Shown here piece after piece: positions 10,076 to 20,249 of a stretch of DNA of 64,000 nucleotides. This DNA is from a virus. The stretch is from the IMG/VR virus record IMGVR_UViG_3300028029_000006, positions 345,148-409,147 of that record; one strand, 5' to 3'. The notes under the pieces were generated by a model that saw only the letters and a program-made list of their open reading frames with translations, was not told the origin of the DNA and did no database searches. Numbering within the stretch: position 1 is the stretch's first letter; each line of letters starts with the position of its first letter. The position numbers and the translations under genes are program-made.

Positions 10076-12225
10076 TGGAACCAGTATATCTTTTAATTGA
10101 AGACTTTATGTCTCATCGTTATTCCGAAATTGACTTCACAAAATTTCAAAGTGCATTAATTATGGGTAGGCAAAAAGCTAATCCACGTGAATCTAATGGT
10201 GTTGGTAAATCTGTTATCTTTCATGCCACTGAATATGTTTTTTTTGGTACATACCCTACTAAAACTATAGATCAAATAGTTAGAGAAGGTACTGATTTTG
10301 CTCAAGTAACTTTTGTTTTTACTAATGATGATGATGAAAAATATAAAGTTGTACGTAAACGTAAGCTTAATAAGTCTTCTGATGTTCAGCTATTTAAGTT
10401 CATAGAAGATAAGTGGGCTTCAATTTCAAAACGAACACCATCAGATACGCAATCTTCTCTCCTAAAGCTAATTAAAATTAGCGCCAAATCGTTTAAAAAC
10501 TCCATACAGTTTTCTCAGAACAGTTTAGAAGGTTTGGTATCAACCAAAGACAAAGAGGCTACAGCAGAAGATAGGAGGGCTATCTTTGAGGAAGCAATTA
10601 ATCTTTCTGATTATAAAAAATTGGAAAAAATGGCCGGCAAAAAAGTTAACGATTTAGTTAAACGGATTAATATTAAAAAAGCTGTAGTTGAATCTATTGG
10701 TGAACCTCAAAAAGAAATTGATAATTTCAAAAAAGAAATTGTAGAGATAAAAAAAGAGATTATCAATGATGAATTGAGAAGAAATGAGTTAACCGTTTCA
10801 ATTAGTAGTGAAAACAAAGAGTTAATTGACTTACAACAACTAATATCAACTGAAGCATCTACTGTTCATGAGAAGCTTTCTGATATTAAAACTTCTAGAG
10901 ATGAGGTTTTAGGTAAAATTAAGGTTGCTAGAGAAACTATTATCGGAAATGAAAACAAAATAGCTTCATTAAACGAAAAATTAACAACTAAAAACAAAGA
11001 ATTAACTGAATTAGAAGCACGAAGCACGGAAGTTAGATCAAAAAAACAACGATCTATCATTAAAGTTAAGAAAGATTTAGAATCTACTTCTGAAAATGAA
11101 ATTAATGGTAAATCTTTTATAGGATCTCTTGAAAGAAAAGCTCAAGAATTAAAAAAACCACTTCCTGATGGGCATGATTGCTATGCTTGTAGACAACCAT
11201 TAACGGCAGAATATAAAACTGCTTGCGAAAAACAATTAAAAGATGAATTAGAAGATATTTTAAATGAAATTGCAGATAAAAAACCTAAATTAAAAAAGGT
11301 TACCAATAAAAAAATCAAACTTCAAAAAGAAATTGATGAAATAAATAATATAATTGCTTATATTTCTTCTACAGATGACAAAATTAAAAACAAAAACAAA
11401 GAGTTATCAAATGATAATGATTATATTAATAAATTAAAAGAATTAAATTTACATCAAAAGTCTGAATTAGAAATTTTAGGTAAAAAATTAGATGGATTAA
11501 ATAAAAGAGAAGTTAATTTAGAAGAGTCTCTTAAAGATATCTCTAATGACGAAATAGAAAAGAAGATTTCAAAAACTAAAAGCAAAAAAATTGAATTAGA
11601 ACATCTTAAAAGTAACACTGTTGAAAAGCTTAATAAAGAAAACTCTAAATTAGGAGCTTTAAATGCTAGAATTGAAGATAGAGAAGTTAATTTAGAAAAA
11701 TTAAATAAAGAAAATGAAAAATTAAATGAATTAAATTATTCCCACAAATTACAGAAGAAAATTAGACAAGGGTGTAAAGCGATTCCTGTTATGATTATTC
11801 ATACCGTTTTAGATGATCTTCAAAAAGAATCTAATAACTTCCTTAATGATTTAAAACCAAGTCTTGAAATCAAGTTTACACCAGAGCTTAATCTAATCTA
11901 TAAACATTATGGTAAAATTAGAGACTTCACACAATTATCTCAAGGTCAAAAGTTCTCAATCGCCCTAGCTCTGAAGTTAGGGTTATCTTCTATTGATCAA
12001 AAAAGAGCTGGAGTTAATATTAAATTGCTTCAATTAGATGAAGCAGATAAGCCTCTTGATGAAGCTGGAGTAGAAGCTTATGCTAATGCTATCAAAAAAC
12101 TTCAAGCTAAAATGAAAATATTGGTCATTACTCATAGCAAATATCTTAAAGATAAATTTAAGAATGTTATTACGGTTGAAGGTGATGAATCTAATGGGGC
12201 TACAACAATTTTAGAAACATTTTGA
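10075..12225 (+). CDS. sbcC: SbcC/Rad50-like (gp46-like) SMC ATPase
   Basis: Walker A SNGVGKS, coiled coil with CYAC zinc hook, LSQGQ signature, LDE Walker B, ITH. Confidence 0.92.
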   Translation: MEPVYLLIEDFMSHRYSEIDFTKFQSALIMGRQKANPRESNGVGKSVIFHATEYVFFGTYPTKTIDQIVREGTDFAQVTFVFTNDDDEKYKVVRKRKLNKSSDVQLFKFIEDKWASISKRTPSDTQSSLLKLIKISAKSFKNSIQFSQNSLEGLVSTKDKEATAEDRRAIFEEAINLSDYKKLEKMAGKKVNDLVKRINIKKAVVESIGEPQKEIDNFKKEIVEIKKEIINDELRRNELTVSISSENKELIDLQQLISTEASTVHEKLSDIKTSRDEVLGKIKVARETIIGNENKIASLNEKLTTKNKELTELEARSTEVRSKKQRSIIKVKKDLESTSENEINGKSFIGSLERKAQELKKPLPDGHDCYACRQPLTAEYKTACEKQLKDELEDILNEIADKKPKLKKVTNKKIKLQKEIDEINNIIAYISSTDDKIKNKNKELSNDNDYINKLKELNLHQKSELEILGKKLDGLNKREVNLEESLKDISNDEIEKKISKTKSKKIELEHLKSNTVEKLNKENSKLGALNARIEDREVNLEKLNKENEKLNELNYSHKLQKKIRQGCKAIPVMIIHTVLDDLQKESNNFLNDLKPSLEIKFTPELNLIYKHYGKIRDFTQLSQGQKFSIALALKLGLSSIDQKRAGVNIKLLQLDEADKPLDEAGVEAYANAIKKLQAKMKILVITHSKYLKDKFKNVITVEGDESNGATTILETF

Positions 12226-12248
12226 TGTATAATTTAACATTATAATAG

Positions 12249-12554
12249 ATGGTTAAAAATCAAATTAGTAACAAAGACAAAGAGCTTAATGTTAAGCTGT
12301 TACGTAAATTTGGAGAACAAGGTCTTTATAAAAAAGCTGTTGGCGTTGGTATGATGCAAGCAGCTATTAACCATAATTATGATATTGAAATTTTAAATCT
12401 TTCCAATTCTTTTTTAACTTTGTTTAGAAGAACGGGTAATGAAGATTACGCAACTATTAGCCGAGTGTTAAGAAGAACCGCCCATACTTTGCATAGGCAA
12501 TTGTTAAGACAGAAGAAAAAAAATACCGATCCAAGATTTTTAACTTTAATTTAA
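12249..12554 (+). CDS. Hypothetical protein
   Basis: Intact ORF. Confidence 0.5.
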   Translation: MVKNQISNKDKELNVKLLRKFGEQGLYKKAVGVGMMQAAINHNYDIEILNLSNSFLTLFRRTGNEDYATISRVLRRTAHTLHRQLLRQKKKNTDPRFLTLI

Positions 12555-12558
12555 GGTT

Positions 12559-12572
12559 AATATTTTCACATC
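12559..12572 (+). promoter_or_regulatory. Putative late promoter variant AATA-N6-CATC
   Basis: AATA TTTTCA CATC, 5 nt before ATG 12578. Confidence 0.45.
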
Positions 12573-12577
12573 TTGAT

Positions 12578-13180
12578 ATGAGCCGATTATTATCTGTTAG
12601 CCAACGTTTTTCTGAGAAACTATCTGAAGCAACCTTTCCAGAATCTCAAATTAAACGTATATCAAATAAATTTAGTTTAAAACTAGCTCAGGCCCCTAGA
12701 ACCACTATTCTACCAAAAGAATATTATCCAGAGTTTGAAGATGATACAGAAACATCACCTTCCTCTGAGGAGTTCTCAACCATTCCTGCTCCACCTAAGC
12801 CTTTTAGAGAGACTTTAATGTCTCCCTCAATGGAAGGTGAGTCACGAGGTATGCCTGGAGAAGTTAATGTGTCTCCAGTTGTAGGAGATGTTATTGCCAC
12901 TTTGGGTCCACAAGTTGTTAATAAATTCTTAGCAACGAAAATGCAAAGCGCTGTAGGGAATGATGGACAAAGGTACGTCAACTTAACAATAGACGACCTT
13001 CCGCTTGGCCAATACAGAGTAACTCACATACCTGAAAGCCTTCATTTGCCTCAAATTCATAGAGCACCAATTGATATTCACAATGTAGAATACTCTTTGG
13101 ATGAATTAATGAACTGGGTTAAAAAGGATTCTCCAGCTGAATGGGAAATGGCTAACGATATTATGACAAATCCTCGTTAA
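12578..13180 (+). CDS. Leader-family hypothetical protein (leader present twice)
   Basis: MSRLLSVSQRFSEKLSE...IKRISNKFSLKLAQ. Confidence 0.6.
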   Translation: MSRLLSVSQRFSEKLSEATFPESQIKRISNKFSLKLAQAPRTTILPKEYYPEFEDDTETSPSSEEFSTIPAPPKPFRETLMSPSMEGESRGMPGEVNVSPVVGDVIATLGPQVVNKFLATKMQSAVGNDGQRYVNLTIDDLPLGQYRVTHIPESLHLPQIHRAPIDIHNVEYSLDELMNWVKKDSPAEWEMANDIMTNPR

Positions 13181-13634
13181 GAATGCTGATTGCTTCATTA
13201 ACATGCTCTGTGTGCAACCCAACTGAGTCTTTAATGTATAAAAACTGATTTGAGAAATGCTTTATGATACCTTCATAGGGCGTGTCATCTAGAATTAAAA
13301 ACGACTCTATATCATTATCTTTAAGCCAAAGGTTAATTTCATCCCCTCTGTCTTGAATAACTCCATCTGGAGTGCGACTTAAAAGAACAGTTTGTGAAAT
13401 AACTTCCCCAACAAAACCTTTTTTTAACATCATTTTTTCTATTTTATCAAAAGGATGTATAATTCTCCAAGTAGATGAAATTACTACTTTAGCATTGGTT
13501 GCTTTAATTATTTCATTAAGCAATATTATATATTTAATATTTAAATCATTAACATCCCAAAGCAAACCAACGTTATTTGTTAAGTCCTCTTCAGAGTTAA
13601 GAACTCCGTCAATATCTAAGAATATAATTTTCAT
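13161..13634 (-). CDS. HAD-family phosphatase (Swiss-army-knife RNA-repair type)
   Basis: FLDIDGVLN, SSTWR, RGDEI, ILDD, GL motifs. Confidence 0.85.
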   Translation of the reverse strand: MKIIFLDIDGVLNSEEDLTNNVGLLWDVNDLNIKYIILLNEIIKATNAKVVISSTWRIIHPFDKIEKMMLKKGFVGEVISQTVLLSRTPDGVIQDRGDEINLWLKDNDIESFLILDDTPYEGIIKHFSNQFLYIKDSVGLHTEHVNEAISILNEDLS

Positions 13635-13635
13635 C

Positions 13636-13983
13636 TTAAACTAATTTCATTGGGTATTTAATAATAATTTCAATATCAAATCGCGCTGATTTGTTATATT
13701 TGGCATTACACATCGGGCAAGAATCATTCTTAACAGCGAATTCATCAAGACCCCAGTCTCTTAATTCAACCGAATCTTTTTGACAGGTATGATAAATATG
13801 CAATCTCATTTGAGATTTTTTTTCTTCCAATAATAATATACCGACAGCCATTAACTTTCCAGGCTCAATTTTACCTTCTTCATATATTAAAGTTGATGAA
13901 GGTTCTTTAATTAAATGTTCAATATAATGCCATTCAGCATTTGTTAATTTTAATTTTGATTTCTCTAATGGAATTGTAAACAT
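13636..13983 (-). CDS. Hypothetical protein
   Basis: Intact ORF with HTC..CPMC. Confidence 0.5.
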   Translation of the reverse strand: MFTIPLEKSKLKLTNAEWHYIEHLIKEPSSTLIYEEGKIEPGKLMAVGILLLEEKKSQMRLHIYHTCQKDSVELRDWGLDEFAVKNDSCPMCNAKYNKSARFDIEIIIKYPMKLV

Positions 13984-13986
13984 TTG

Positions 13987-14058
13987 TAGCAGTGGTCAGA
14001 ATCGAACTGACGTGAATTTACGTATGAGATAAACCTGAGGGCCAACACTCACACTGCC
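13987..14058 (-). tRNA. tRNA with CAT anticodon (Met or Ile2)
   Basis: GGCAGUG/CACUGCU acceptor, UUUAU-CUCAUAC-GUAAA anticodon arm, GUCAG-UUCGAUU-CUGAC T arm. Confidence 0.8.
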
Positions 14059-14084
14059 ATTATATGTTCTATATCCTATCAAAT

Positions 14085-14098
14085 AATATATTGGTATA
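14085..14098 (+). promoter_or_regulatory. Putative late promoter AATA-N6-TATA
   Basis: AATA TATTGG TATA, 5 nt before ATG 14104. Confidence 0.45.
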
Positions 14099-14103
14099 TC
14101 ACC

Positions 14104-14334
14104 ATGAGCAAACTAAAAAAAATAGCTGCAAAGTTTGAAAAATTATCTCAAGTAGCAGAATATGATATGGGTACTCAAGAAAAACCTGATTTGAATAACA
14201 TAGTTAAAAACATTCAAAATTTAATTGACGCTTTCAATCATCTTTCAAAAGATGTTAATACTTTAAAAACAAAACCATCATCAAATGACATAACTCAACA
14301 GCTTCAAAATGAAGGAATCACAATCAATCAATAA
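14104..14334 (+). CDS. Leader-family small protein
   Basis: MSKLKKIAAKFEKLSQ. Confidence 0.6.
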   Translation: MSKLKKIAAKFEKLSQVAEYDMGTQEKPDLNNIVKNIQNLIDAFNHLSKDVNTLKTKPSSNDITQQLQNEGITINQ

Positions 14335-14360
14335 AATTTGGCATAATATCATATGTTAAT

Positions 14361-14663
14361 ATGAAAAAAACAAATGAAATTGCTAGTAAATTTAAGACTA
14401 AACTAGCACAACCTTTAATTGTAGAAAAAGATATTGTTAGTTCTGGTATTATTGAATATATGGGCTCTGCCAGTGAGCCTGATGTAGGTATTATTATTGA
14501 AAATATTAAAACTCTAAATGATAGTAGAGTTGATATGATTAAATATATTGGAGAGCTTGAAAAAAGATTAGCTTATTTAGAGAATGATGAGCAAATAAAA
14601 TATCAAGATGAAGCTTTAGAAGAAGGACCTATTGAACCAGATATGATTGATCAGGATATGTAA
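14361..14663 (+). CDS. Leader-family small protein, probable paralogue of 14104
   Basis: MKKTNEIASKFKTKLAQ; EYMGSASEPDVGIIIENIKTL resembles EYDMGTQEKPDLNNIVKNIQNL. Confidence 0.6.
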   Translation: MKKTNEIASKFKTKLAQPLIVEKDIVSSGIIEYMGSASEPDVGIIIENIKTLNDSRVDMIKYIGELEKRLAYLENDEQIKYQDEALEEGPIEPDMIDQDM

Positions 14664-15133
14664 AAATCTCCTGGATTAATAATATGAATATTTTTATTGT
14701 TAGTTTTAGCATATTCTAAGCAGTTTCTTGTACCACCCAATCCGCCTCCAAAGATACCCAGCATTTCATCTGAATAATCTACAATCATTTCATTTCTTTT
14801 TTGAAGCAACGCCGGGTATGATAATCCATTGCTGGGCGCCACTTCCACCTTAACGGCATTTTTAAGTATTTTATGATACTTATCTTGTGATTTGGTTGGC
14901 CAAGCCTTATAAGGTGTTTCTGATGGAAGCATAGCAATGAAAGGAATTTTCATAACCATGCACCATTGAGCTGCCCATTGATCGACACCCAAAGCCATTC
15001 CAGTAACTAATGTTTCTGGTTTATGTTCTTTTAAGAAATATTTAATTGCATTGATAACAAATAAGTTTCCGGGATCTTTTTCTCGAAACCCATATAGTTT
15101 TTGTGGTCTGTGACCTGTAATTCCTAAAATCAT
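14651..15133 (-). CDS. SLOG/YspA-like (DUF1273) protein
   Basis: ITGHRPQKL, GMALGVDQWAA, RNEMIVD, GGTRNC. Confidence 0.85.
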   Translation of the reverse strand: MILGITGHRPQKLYGFREKDPGNLFVINAIKYFLKEHKPETLVTGMALGVDQWAAQWCMVMKIPFIAMLPSETPYKAWPTKSQDKYHKILKNAVKVEVAPSNGLSYPALLQKRNEMIVDYSDEMLGIFGGGLGGTRNCLEYAKTNNKNIHIINPGDFYIS

Positions 15134-15510
15134 TCTTTAGACAATCTTTCTACCAAATATATTGCCATTTCCCATCCATAATCTGTTGGTTCCATTCTTG
15201 CAATTGGACTTAAATGTTCTCCTTCACAAAAATGCGGATCTAAAAATGATTCTGTAGTAATAGCTCTTATGTTTTTATTGTAAACACAAACTTTTATTCC
15301 TCCATAATTTTCGCAATCTGGATATAATAATTCCAAAGCTGCATGAGTATCAGTACTAAAATATCTTAATATTTTAAAATTAATTGGATTTGGTTCTGGG
15401 TTTTTTGGTTTCTTTTTTGGCGGGGCTTCTTGAACATCGTAGTAATCAGTTCTTTCACGAGGATCGCCATCATTACAGCCACATCTAGAAACTCCTATTC
15501 CTATTCCCAT
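15130..15510 (-). CDS. Hypothetical; paralogue of 43460-43933
   Basis: YPDCENYGGIK...DPHF...SPIARMEPTDYGW versus YPNCAKCSYEGTK...DPHF...SPAARFPASEKGW. Confidence 0.6.
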   Translation of the reverse strand: MGIGIGVSRCGCNDGDPRERTDYYDVQEAPPKKKPKNPEPNPINFKILRYFSTDTHAALELLYPDCENYGGIKVCVYNKNIRAITTESFLDPHFCEGEHLSPIARMEPTDYGWEMAIYLVERLSKE

Positions 15511-15511
15511 T

Positions 15512-15901
15512 TTAATCCTCCACCAAAATTAACTTATATTTCTTACCATCAACTTCAACCATCTTACCATCACAAGAATTTTGATTAAGATTCATTTTCT
15601 TGTTGTACGCTTCTTCTGAATATTTTACACCTTCAATATACCAACGTTTTGTTCCATCTACATATTCAATTGCTGCACCATTTGTTCTATGACGTTTCCC
15701 ATTTAGAAACCAAGCTTTATACCCATTTACCAAAATTACAGCTGGTAAATTATTCTCTCTATGTAGTTTACCATTTAACCACCATTCTTTATCACCATTT
15801 GTTGACCATTCTCTAGCTGGTAAATCATTCTCGCTATGTAACTTACCATCTAAACGCCATTCAGTTCTGTTATTAAAAACTCTTACTGTATACTCAATCA
15901 T
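15512..15901 (-). CDS. LHRExxPA beta-hairpin repeat protein
   Basis: WxLNGKLHRENxLPA repeats; C-terminal GKMVEVDGKKYKL. Confidence 0.75.
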   Translation of the reverse strand: MIEYTVRVFNNRTEWRLDGKLHSENDLPAREWSTNGDKEWWLNGKLHRENNLPAVILVNGYKAWFLNGKRHRTNGAAIEYVDGTKRWYIEGVKYSEEAYNKKMNLNQNSCDGKMVEVDGKKYKLILVED

Positions 15902-15906
15902 AATAC

Positions 15907-16290
15907 TTAATCCATTTCAACTAATTTATATTTCTTACCATCAATTTCAACCATCTTACCATCATAAGATTCTCGCTTAAAATTAATTTTTTCATTATAT
16001 TTTTCTTCAGAATAACTTACACCTTCAAGATACCAATATTTATCTCCATTTGAACATTCAATAGCCGCACCGTTAGTTCTATGACGTTTGTCATTTACCA
16101 ACCAAGCTTTATATCCATTTTTACGTTCAATAGCTGGTAAATCATCTTCTCTATGCAACTTACCATTTACATACCAATGTTTTGTTCCATTTGCAAATTC
16201 AACTGCTGGTAAATCTCCTTCTCTATGCAACTTACCATCTAAATACCAAATAGTTCTACTATCATCAACTTTTACTGTGTATTCAATCAT
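15907..16290 (-). CDS. LHRExxPA beta-hairpin repeat protein
   Basis: Same family; start MIEYTVK. Confidence 0.75.
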   Translation of the reverse strand: MIEYTVKVDDSRTIWYLDGKLHREGDLPAVEFANGTKHWYVNGKLHREDDLPAIERKNGYKAWLVNDKRHRTNGAAIECSNGDKYWYLEGVSYSEEKYNEKINFKRESYDGKMVEIDGKKYKLVEMD

Positions 16291-16304
16291 AATTATTCTT
16301 TCAA

Positions 16305-18467
16305 TCAATTGCCATTTTTATAAACTTTTTTAAGCAAATCAGTTGGATCTAATAGTTTCTTCGGTTTATTTTCCATTTTTTCCCATCTTAATCTGTCTTT
16401 TACTCCATGATCATAAAATTCAAAATGAAGCATAGTCATTGGGTTTCCTTTATACCTTTTCATAACTGTAACTACTTTAGCAATTACTTGGCCTTGTTTA
16501 ATTTTATCTCCAGGTTCCACCAAAGGTTTAACCTCTCCGTAATTAATAACACCAGATTTCCCTTCAATTAAAATAGCCTGAGTATCATTCCACCAACTTG
16601 TGCCAACTTTTGATCCAGTAAAATCCAGTACTGTAACTACAATACCATCTTCAATAGCAAGAACTTCAGTGTCAGGCTCGCAATATAAATCTACTCCAGA
16701 ATGAACGTATCCTCGTCTTTGATATCCAAAAGTTCCTGGTTCATTATTAACTGGAATTGGGTAATCTTTAGTTGCTAAAGGCCAAGCAAGCGATTTATCT
16801 TCACTACTATTATAGGCATCTTTCAAGATAAGCGCAACCTCTGGCCTGGTAAATTCTTCAGGAAGATCTTCTCCATTTTCAAGCATTTTTCTTACTTTAG
16901 TTCCACTTAAAAATAATTTTGTTTCAGATCCACCTGGAGCGGTTTTAACACTGCCCATTCCTTTCATCGTCTTTGAATAAAAAGTATGCTCAAAACATAA
17001 AGGAATAATCCCCAATTCTCCAGGAGAAAATTCATCAAAGATTTTTTGAGCATCATAAGTCCCATAATAATCACCTACTCCAGCATGATCTCTGCCAACA
17101 ATAAAATGACTACAACCATAATTTTTCCTACAAATTGCATGATGAATTGCTTCTCTAGGACCAGCATACCTCATTGCTGCAGGGAACATTCCTAAAACAA
17201 CGCTATTCTCTGAATAATAATTGTTAATTAAAGCTTCATAACAAGACATTCTAACATCTGCATCAACATCTCCAGCTTTAGTGGCTCCAACTAATGGGTG
17301 AATTAATAAACCATCACACATTTCTAGTGCACATTTTGTTAAATACTCATGTGCTCTATGCATTGGATTTCTTGTTTGAAAAGCTACAATTCTTTTCCAT
17401 CCTCGCTCTTCAAAAATCCATCGCGTTTCTTTTGGTGAAAAATCACCATTGTCTATATTAAAAATAGAAAAAACATTAACTTCACCACCTAAGTAAACAT
17501 CTCCTACTTTCATAACATAAGAAACTCCAGGATGTTCCATATCAGTTGTTTTGTAAACTTCTTGACATTCTAGCTCTTTATCAGGAGTAAATTTGTCAGA
17601 CACAGTCATAGTACCAACAATATTACCACTTAAACCTATTAAGTTAATTAAACTTCTTAATTTGATTTTTCCAGCCTGCTCCTGACTAACCGGCAAAACA
17701 ATAGGTATAGCCCAAGGTAATCCGTTCTCCAAACGCATTTCTTTAACAACTTTTAGATAATCTTTTTCATTCATGAATCCGGTTAAAGGACTGTAGCCAC
17801 CTTCGCCAATCATTCGTAAATCACAAGCCGTACGTTCATCTAATGTGACTTTAGTAAAACTAGAAGCAATCGCAAAAATACTTTCTCTATTAACCAAAGT
17901 TCCTCCATGAGGAGCGATTAAGCCTTTTGTAGTGGTAGTATTTGTATTAATTAACCCTAATTCTTGAAGTTTATTTAAGATTTTATCTAAAGATTCTTCA
18001 GCAGTTTCTGTAAATGTATTTAATGTTATTTCTGGATTAATAGGTTTTTCATAAGGAGCGTCAATTCCAGTAAAACCTTTAATTTCTCCAGCTAAAGCTT
18101 TTTTGTATAAACCTTTTGGATCTCGTTTAATTAATTCGTCAAGTTGACAGTCGCAGTAAACTTCCACAAAGCTACTTACAAGTGCCCTCTGCGCGGCTCT
18201 GACGGCCTTGTAAGGGGAGATTGCAGCAGTGATGGCGCACCCTCCTGAGTTGGCCACTAAACTCGCTACAAAGCCAATGCGGTTGATATTAATATCTCTA
18301 TCTTCTTTTGAGAATCCAAGACCTTTTGATAGATTTTTTCTAACAACATCTCCATCTAGCACTTCTGTATGAATTCCTTGATGTTGTAACTTTGCAGATA
18401 ACATTGCTGCAAGAGTTGATTTTCCTGAACCACTTAAACCTGTAAACCAAATAACAAAACCACTCAT
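16305..18467 (-). CDS. cysC-sat: APS kinase (CysC)-ATP sulfurylase (Sat) fusion with C-terminal M23 peptidase domain
   Basis: [25 protein letters not shown]; [17 protein letters not shown]; HSGVDL...LHFE. Confidence 0.92.
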   Translation of the reverse strand: MSGFVIWFTGLSGSGKSTLAAMLSAKLQHQGIHTEVLDGDVVRKNLSKGLGFSKEDRDININRIGFVASLVANSGGCAITAAISPYKAVRAAQRALVSSFVEVYCDCQLDELIKRDPKGLYKKALAGEIKGFTGIDAPYEKPINPEITLNTFTETAEESLDKILNKLQELGLINTNTTTTKGLIAPHGGTLVNRESIFAIASSFTKVTLDERTACDLRMIGEGGYSPLTGFMNEKDYLKVVKEMRLENGLPWAIPIVLPVSQEQAGKIKLRSLINLIGLSGNIVGTMTVSDKFTPDKELECQEVYKTTDMEHPGVSYVMKVGDVYLGGEVNVFSIFNIDNGDFSPKETRWIFEERGWKRIVAFQTRNPMHRAHEYLTKCALEMCDGLLIHPLVGATKAGDVDADVRMSCYEALINNYYSENSVVLGMFPAAMRYAGPREAIHHAICRKNYGCSHFIVGRDHAGVGDYYGTYDAQKIFDEFSPGELGIIPLCFEHTFYSKTMKGMGSVKTAPGGSETKLFLSGTKVRKMLENGEDLPEEFTRPEVALILKDAYNSSEDKSLAWPLATKDYPIPVNNEPGTFGYQRRGYVHSGVDLYCEPDTEVLAIEDGIVVTVLDFTGSKVGTSWWNDTQAILIEGKSGVINYGEVKPLVEPGDKIKQGQVIAKVVTVMKRYKGNPMTMLHFEFYDHGVKDRLRWEKMENKPKKLLDPTDLLKKVYKNGN

Positions 18468-19177
18468 GATAACTCCATTTTTAAAAATTCTTCTTTGGTA
18501 TATTCTATACCTTCAAGATACCACCTATCAAAACTTATCATTTTACCAGTAGAAAAATCTAGATGTTGACCGCCTTCAATAGCTGGTCCATCTTTTTTAT
18601 GATAAAATCCATTTTTTAAATGAATTGTTCGGGAAGTACCTTTAAATGTTCCAGTTTCTTTTTTAACTCTATGAACATCTAAACCATCAGTATATTTAAA
18701 ACAATCCCAATCAATTAAATCATCATAAATTTCATTATAAAAATTACGAATGGCGCTTAGATTATAAGTTATTGTAAAAAATGGCTTAGCTTCTTCTTTG
18801 CTAAGTAACCCTTGAGATAAACTATCTAATAAAGATAAATTATTTTCATAATCATCTTCTATTTTTAATAAATATTTTTCATAAAGTGGGAATTTTTTTA
18901 AATCTACAGGATCTGAGTTTTCTTCAATTGAATTATTATGCATTTCCCAAAATATGTATTTGTTATCTTTATTTATTGAAACAATTAATTTATATTTTTC
19001 ATCATCATTTTTAGAGATTACATAAAAAGCAACTTCAGCAACATGATCATAATAAAATTCAGGGCTTGAAAAAAAATATTTTAAATCATCACATAAATGT
19101 AAAATTGATTTAAAATTCATTGGCTTTGAAATTTTAACCTTCTCATCTTCAAAAACATCTATAATAACTAATGACAT
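18464..19177 (-). CDS. Hypothetical with one C-terminal HRxxGPA repeat
   Basis: [10 protein letters not shown]...[13 protein letters not shown]. Confidence 0.55.
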   Translation of the reverse strand: MSLVIIDVFEDEKVKISKPMNFKSILHLCDDLKYFFSSPEFYYDHVAEVAFYVISKNDDEKYKLIVSINKDNKYIFWEMHNNSIEENSDPVDLKKFPLYEKYLLKIEDDYENNLSLLDSLSQGLLSKEEAKPFFTITYNLSAIRNFYNEIYDDLIDWDCFKYTDGLDVHRVKKETGTFKGTSRTIHLKNGFYHKKDGPAIEGGQHLDFSTGKMISFDRWYLEGIEYTKEEFLKMELS

Positions 19178-19182
19178 AATTT

Positions 19183-19635
19183 TTAAATTAAAACTAATTT
19201 ATACTTCTTACCATCAACTTCAACCATTTTACCTTCGCAAGTTTCTTGTTTGGGATTCATTTTTTCATTGTATTCTTCTTCAGTGTAGTTTCGACCTTCC
19301 AGGAGCCAAAATTTAGTTCCATCATTACATTCATAAGCTGCACCATCAGTTCTATGTAGTTTCCCATTTACATACCAATACTTTTCTCCATTATCTAATT
19401 CAATTGCTGGTAAATTGTTTTCTCTATGAAGTTTACCATTTACCCACCATTTTTTAACTCCATTTAACCATTCAGCAGCTGGCAAATCATTTTCTCTATG
19501 AAGTTTACCATTTTTATACCACTCTTTAGTTCCATTTTTAAATTCAATTGCAGGCAAATCATCTTCTCTATGCAACTTGCCATCTAAACGCCATTCAGTT
19601 ACGTGATCATAAACTTTTACTGTATACTCAATCAT
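19183..19635 (-). CDS. LHRExxPA beta-hairpin repeat protein
   Basis: Four repeats. Confidence 0.75.
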   Translation of the reverse strand: MIEYTVKVYDHVTEWRLDGKLHREDDLPAIEFKNGTKEWYKNGKLHRENDLPAAEWLNGVKKWWVNGKLHRENNLPAIELDNGEKYWYVNGKLHRTDGAAYECNDGTKFWLLEGRNYTEEEYNEKMNPKQETCEGKMVEVDGKKYKLVLI

Positions 19636-19640
19636 AATAT

Positions 19641-19952
19641 TTAATCCATTTCAACTAATTTATACTTCTTGCCATCAACTTCAATTATTTTACCTTCACA
19701 AGATTCTTGTTTGGGATTCATTTTTTCATTGTATTCTTCTTCAGTGTAATTAACACCTTTAAGATACCAACCCTTTTTTCCATCTGGCCATTCCATAGCT
19801 GGGCCATTTTCTCTATGACATTCACCATTTACAAACCATTTTTGAGTTCCATCTGTGTATTCTTTTGCTGGTAAATCTCCTTCTCTATGAAGTTTTCCAT
19901 TTAAACGCCAAATAGTATTGTTATCATCAACTTCTACTGTATATTCAATCAT
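19641..19952 (-). CDS. LHRExxPA beta-hairpin repeat protein
   Basis: Two repeats. Confidence 0.75.
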   Translation of the reverse strand: MIEYTVEVDDNNTIWRLNGKLHREGDLPAKEYTDGTQKWFVNGECHRENGPAMEWPDGKKGWYLKGVNYTEEEYNEKMNPKQESCEGKIIEVDGKKYKLVEMD

Positions 19953-19980
19953 AATTTATTTCTTTCAAATGAAAATTAAC

Positions 19981-20014
19981 AAAAAAAAAGCTCATCAAAA
20001 AATGATAAGTTTTG
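19981..20014 (-). terminator. Intrinsic terminator ending the ncRNA array
   Basis: CUUAUCA/UGAUGAG hairpin followed by a U9 tract on - strand. Confidence 0.55.
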
Positions 20015-20021
20015 AAAATTT

Positions 20022-20096
20022 AAAATATCTGAGTTAAATAATCATTTTAAAGTATATATCAAAATGCTTGTGTGATTATTTTTTTATAGATATTTT
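20022..20096 (-). ncRNA. Minimal Y-RNA-like stem module without tRNA domain
   Basis: AAAAUAUCU/AGAUAUUUU terminal helix, AAAUAAUCA/UGAUUAUUU inner helix, CACAAGC and AACUC motifs. Confidence 0.6.
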
Positions 20097-20243
20097 GGCG
20101 GAGAAACCAGGAATCGAACCTGATGCTTGTAAAAGTAATTTAATTGTTTCCTTTTGATATGATCTTTGGGATACGAGGCAGAACTTTGTTTAATATTTAT
20201 CCAATTAATAGTTGGGTGCAGAACCATCCTGCTATATTTCTCC
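20096..20243 (-). ncRNA. tRNA-Y-RNA chimera: tRNA with stem module inserted in the variable loop
   Basis: GGAGAAA/UUUCUCC-G-CCA acceptor, D arm, anticodon-like arm, about 75-nt insert AAAC..CUCG..UACAAGC, T arm CAGG-UUCGAUU-CCUG. Confidence 0.75.
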
Positions 20244-20249
20244 AGATTA

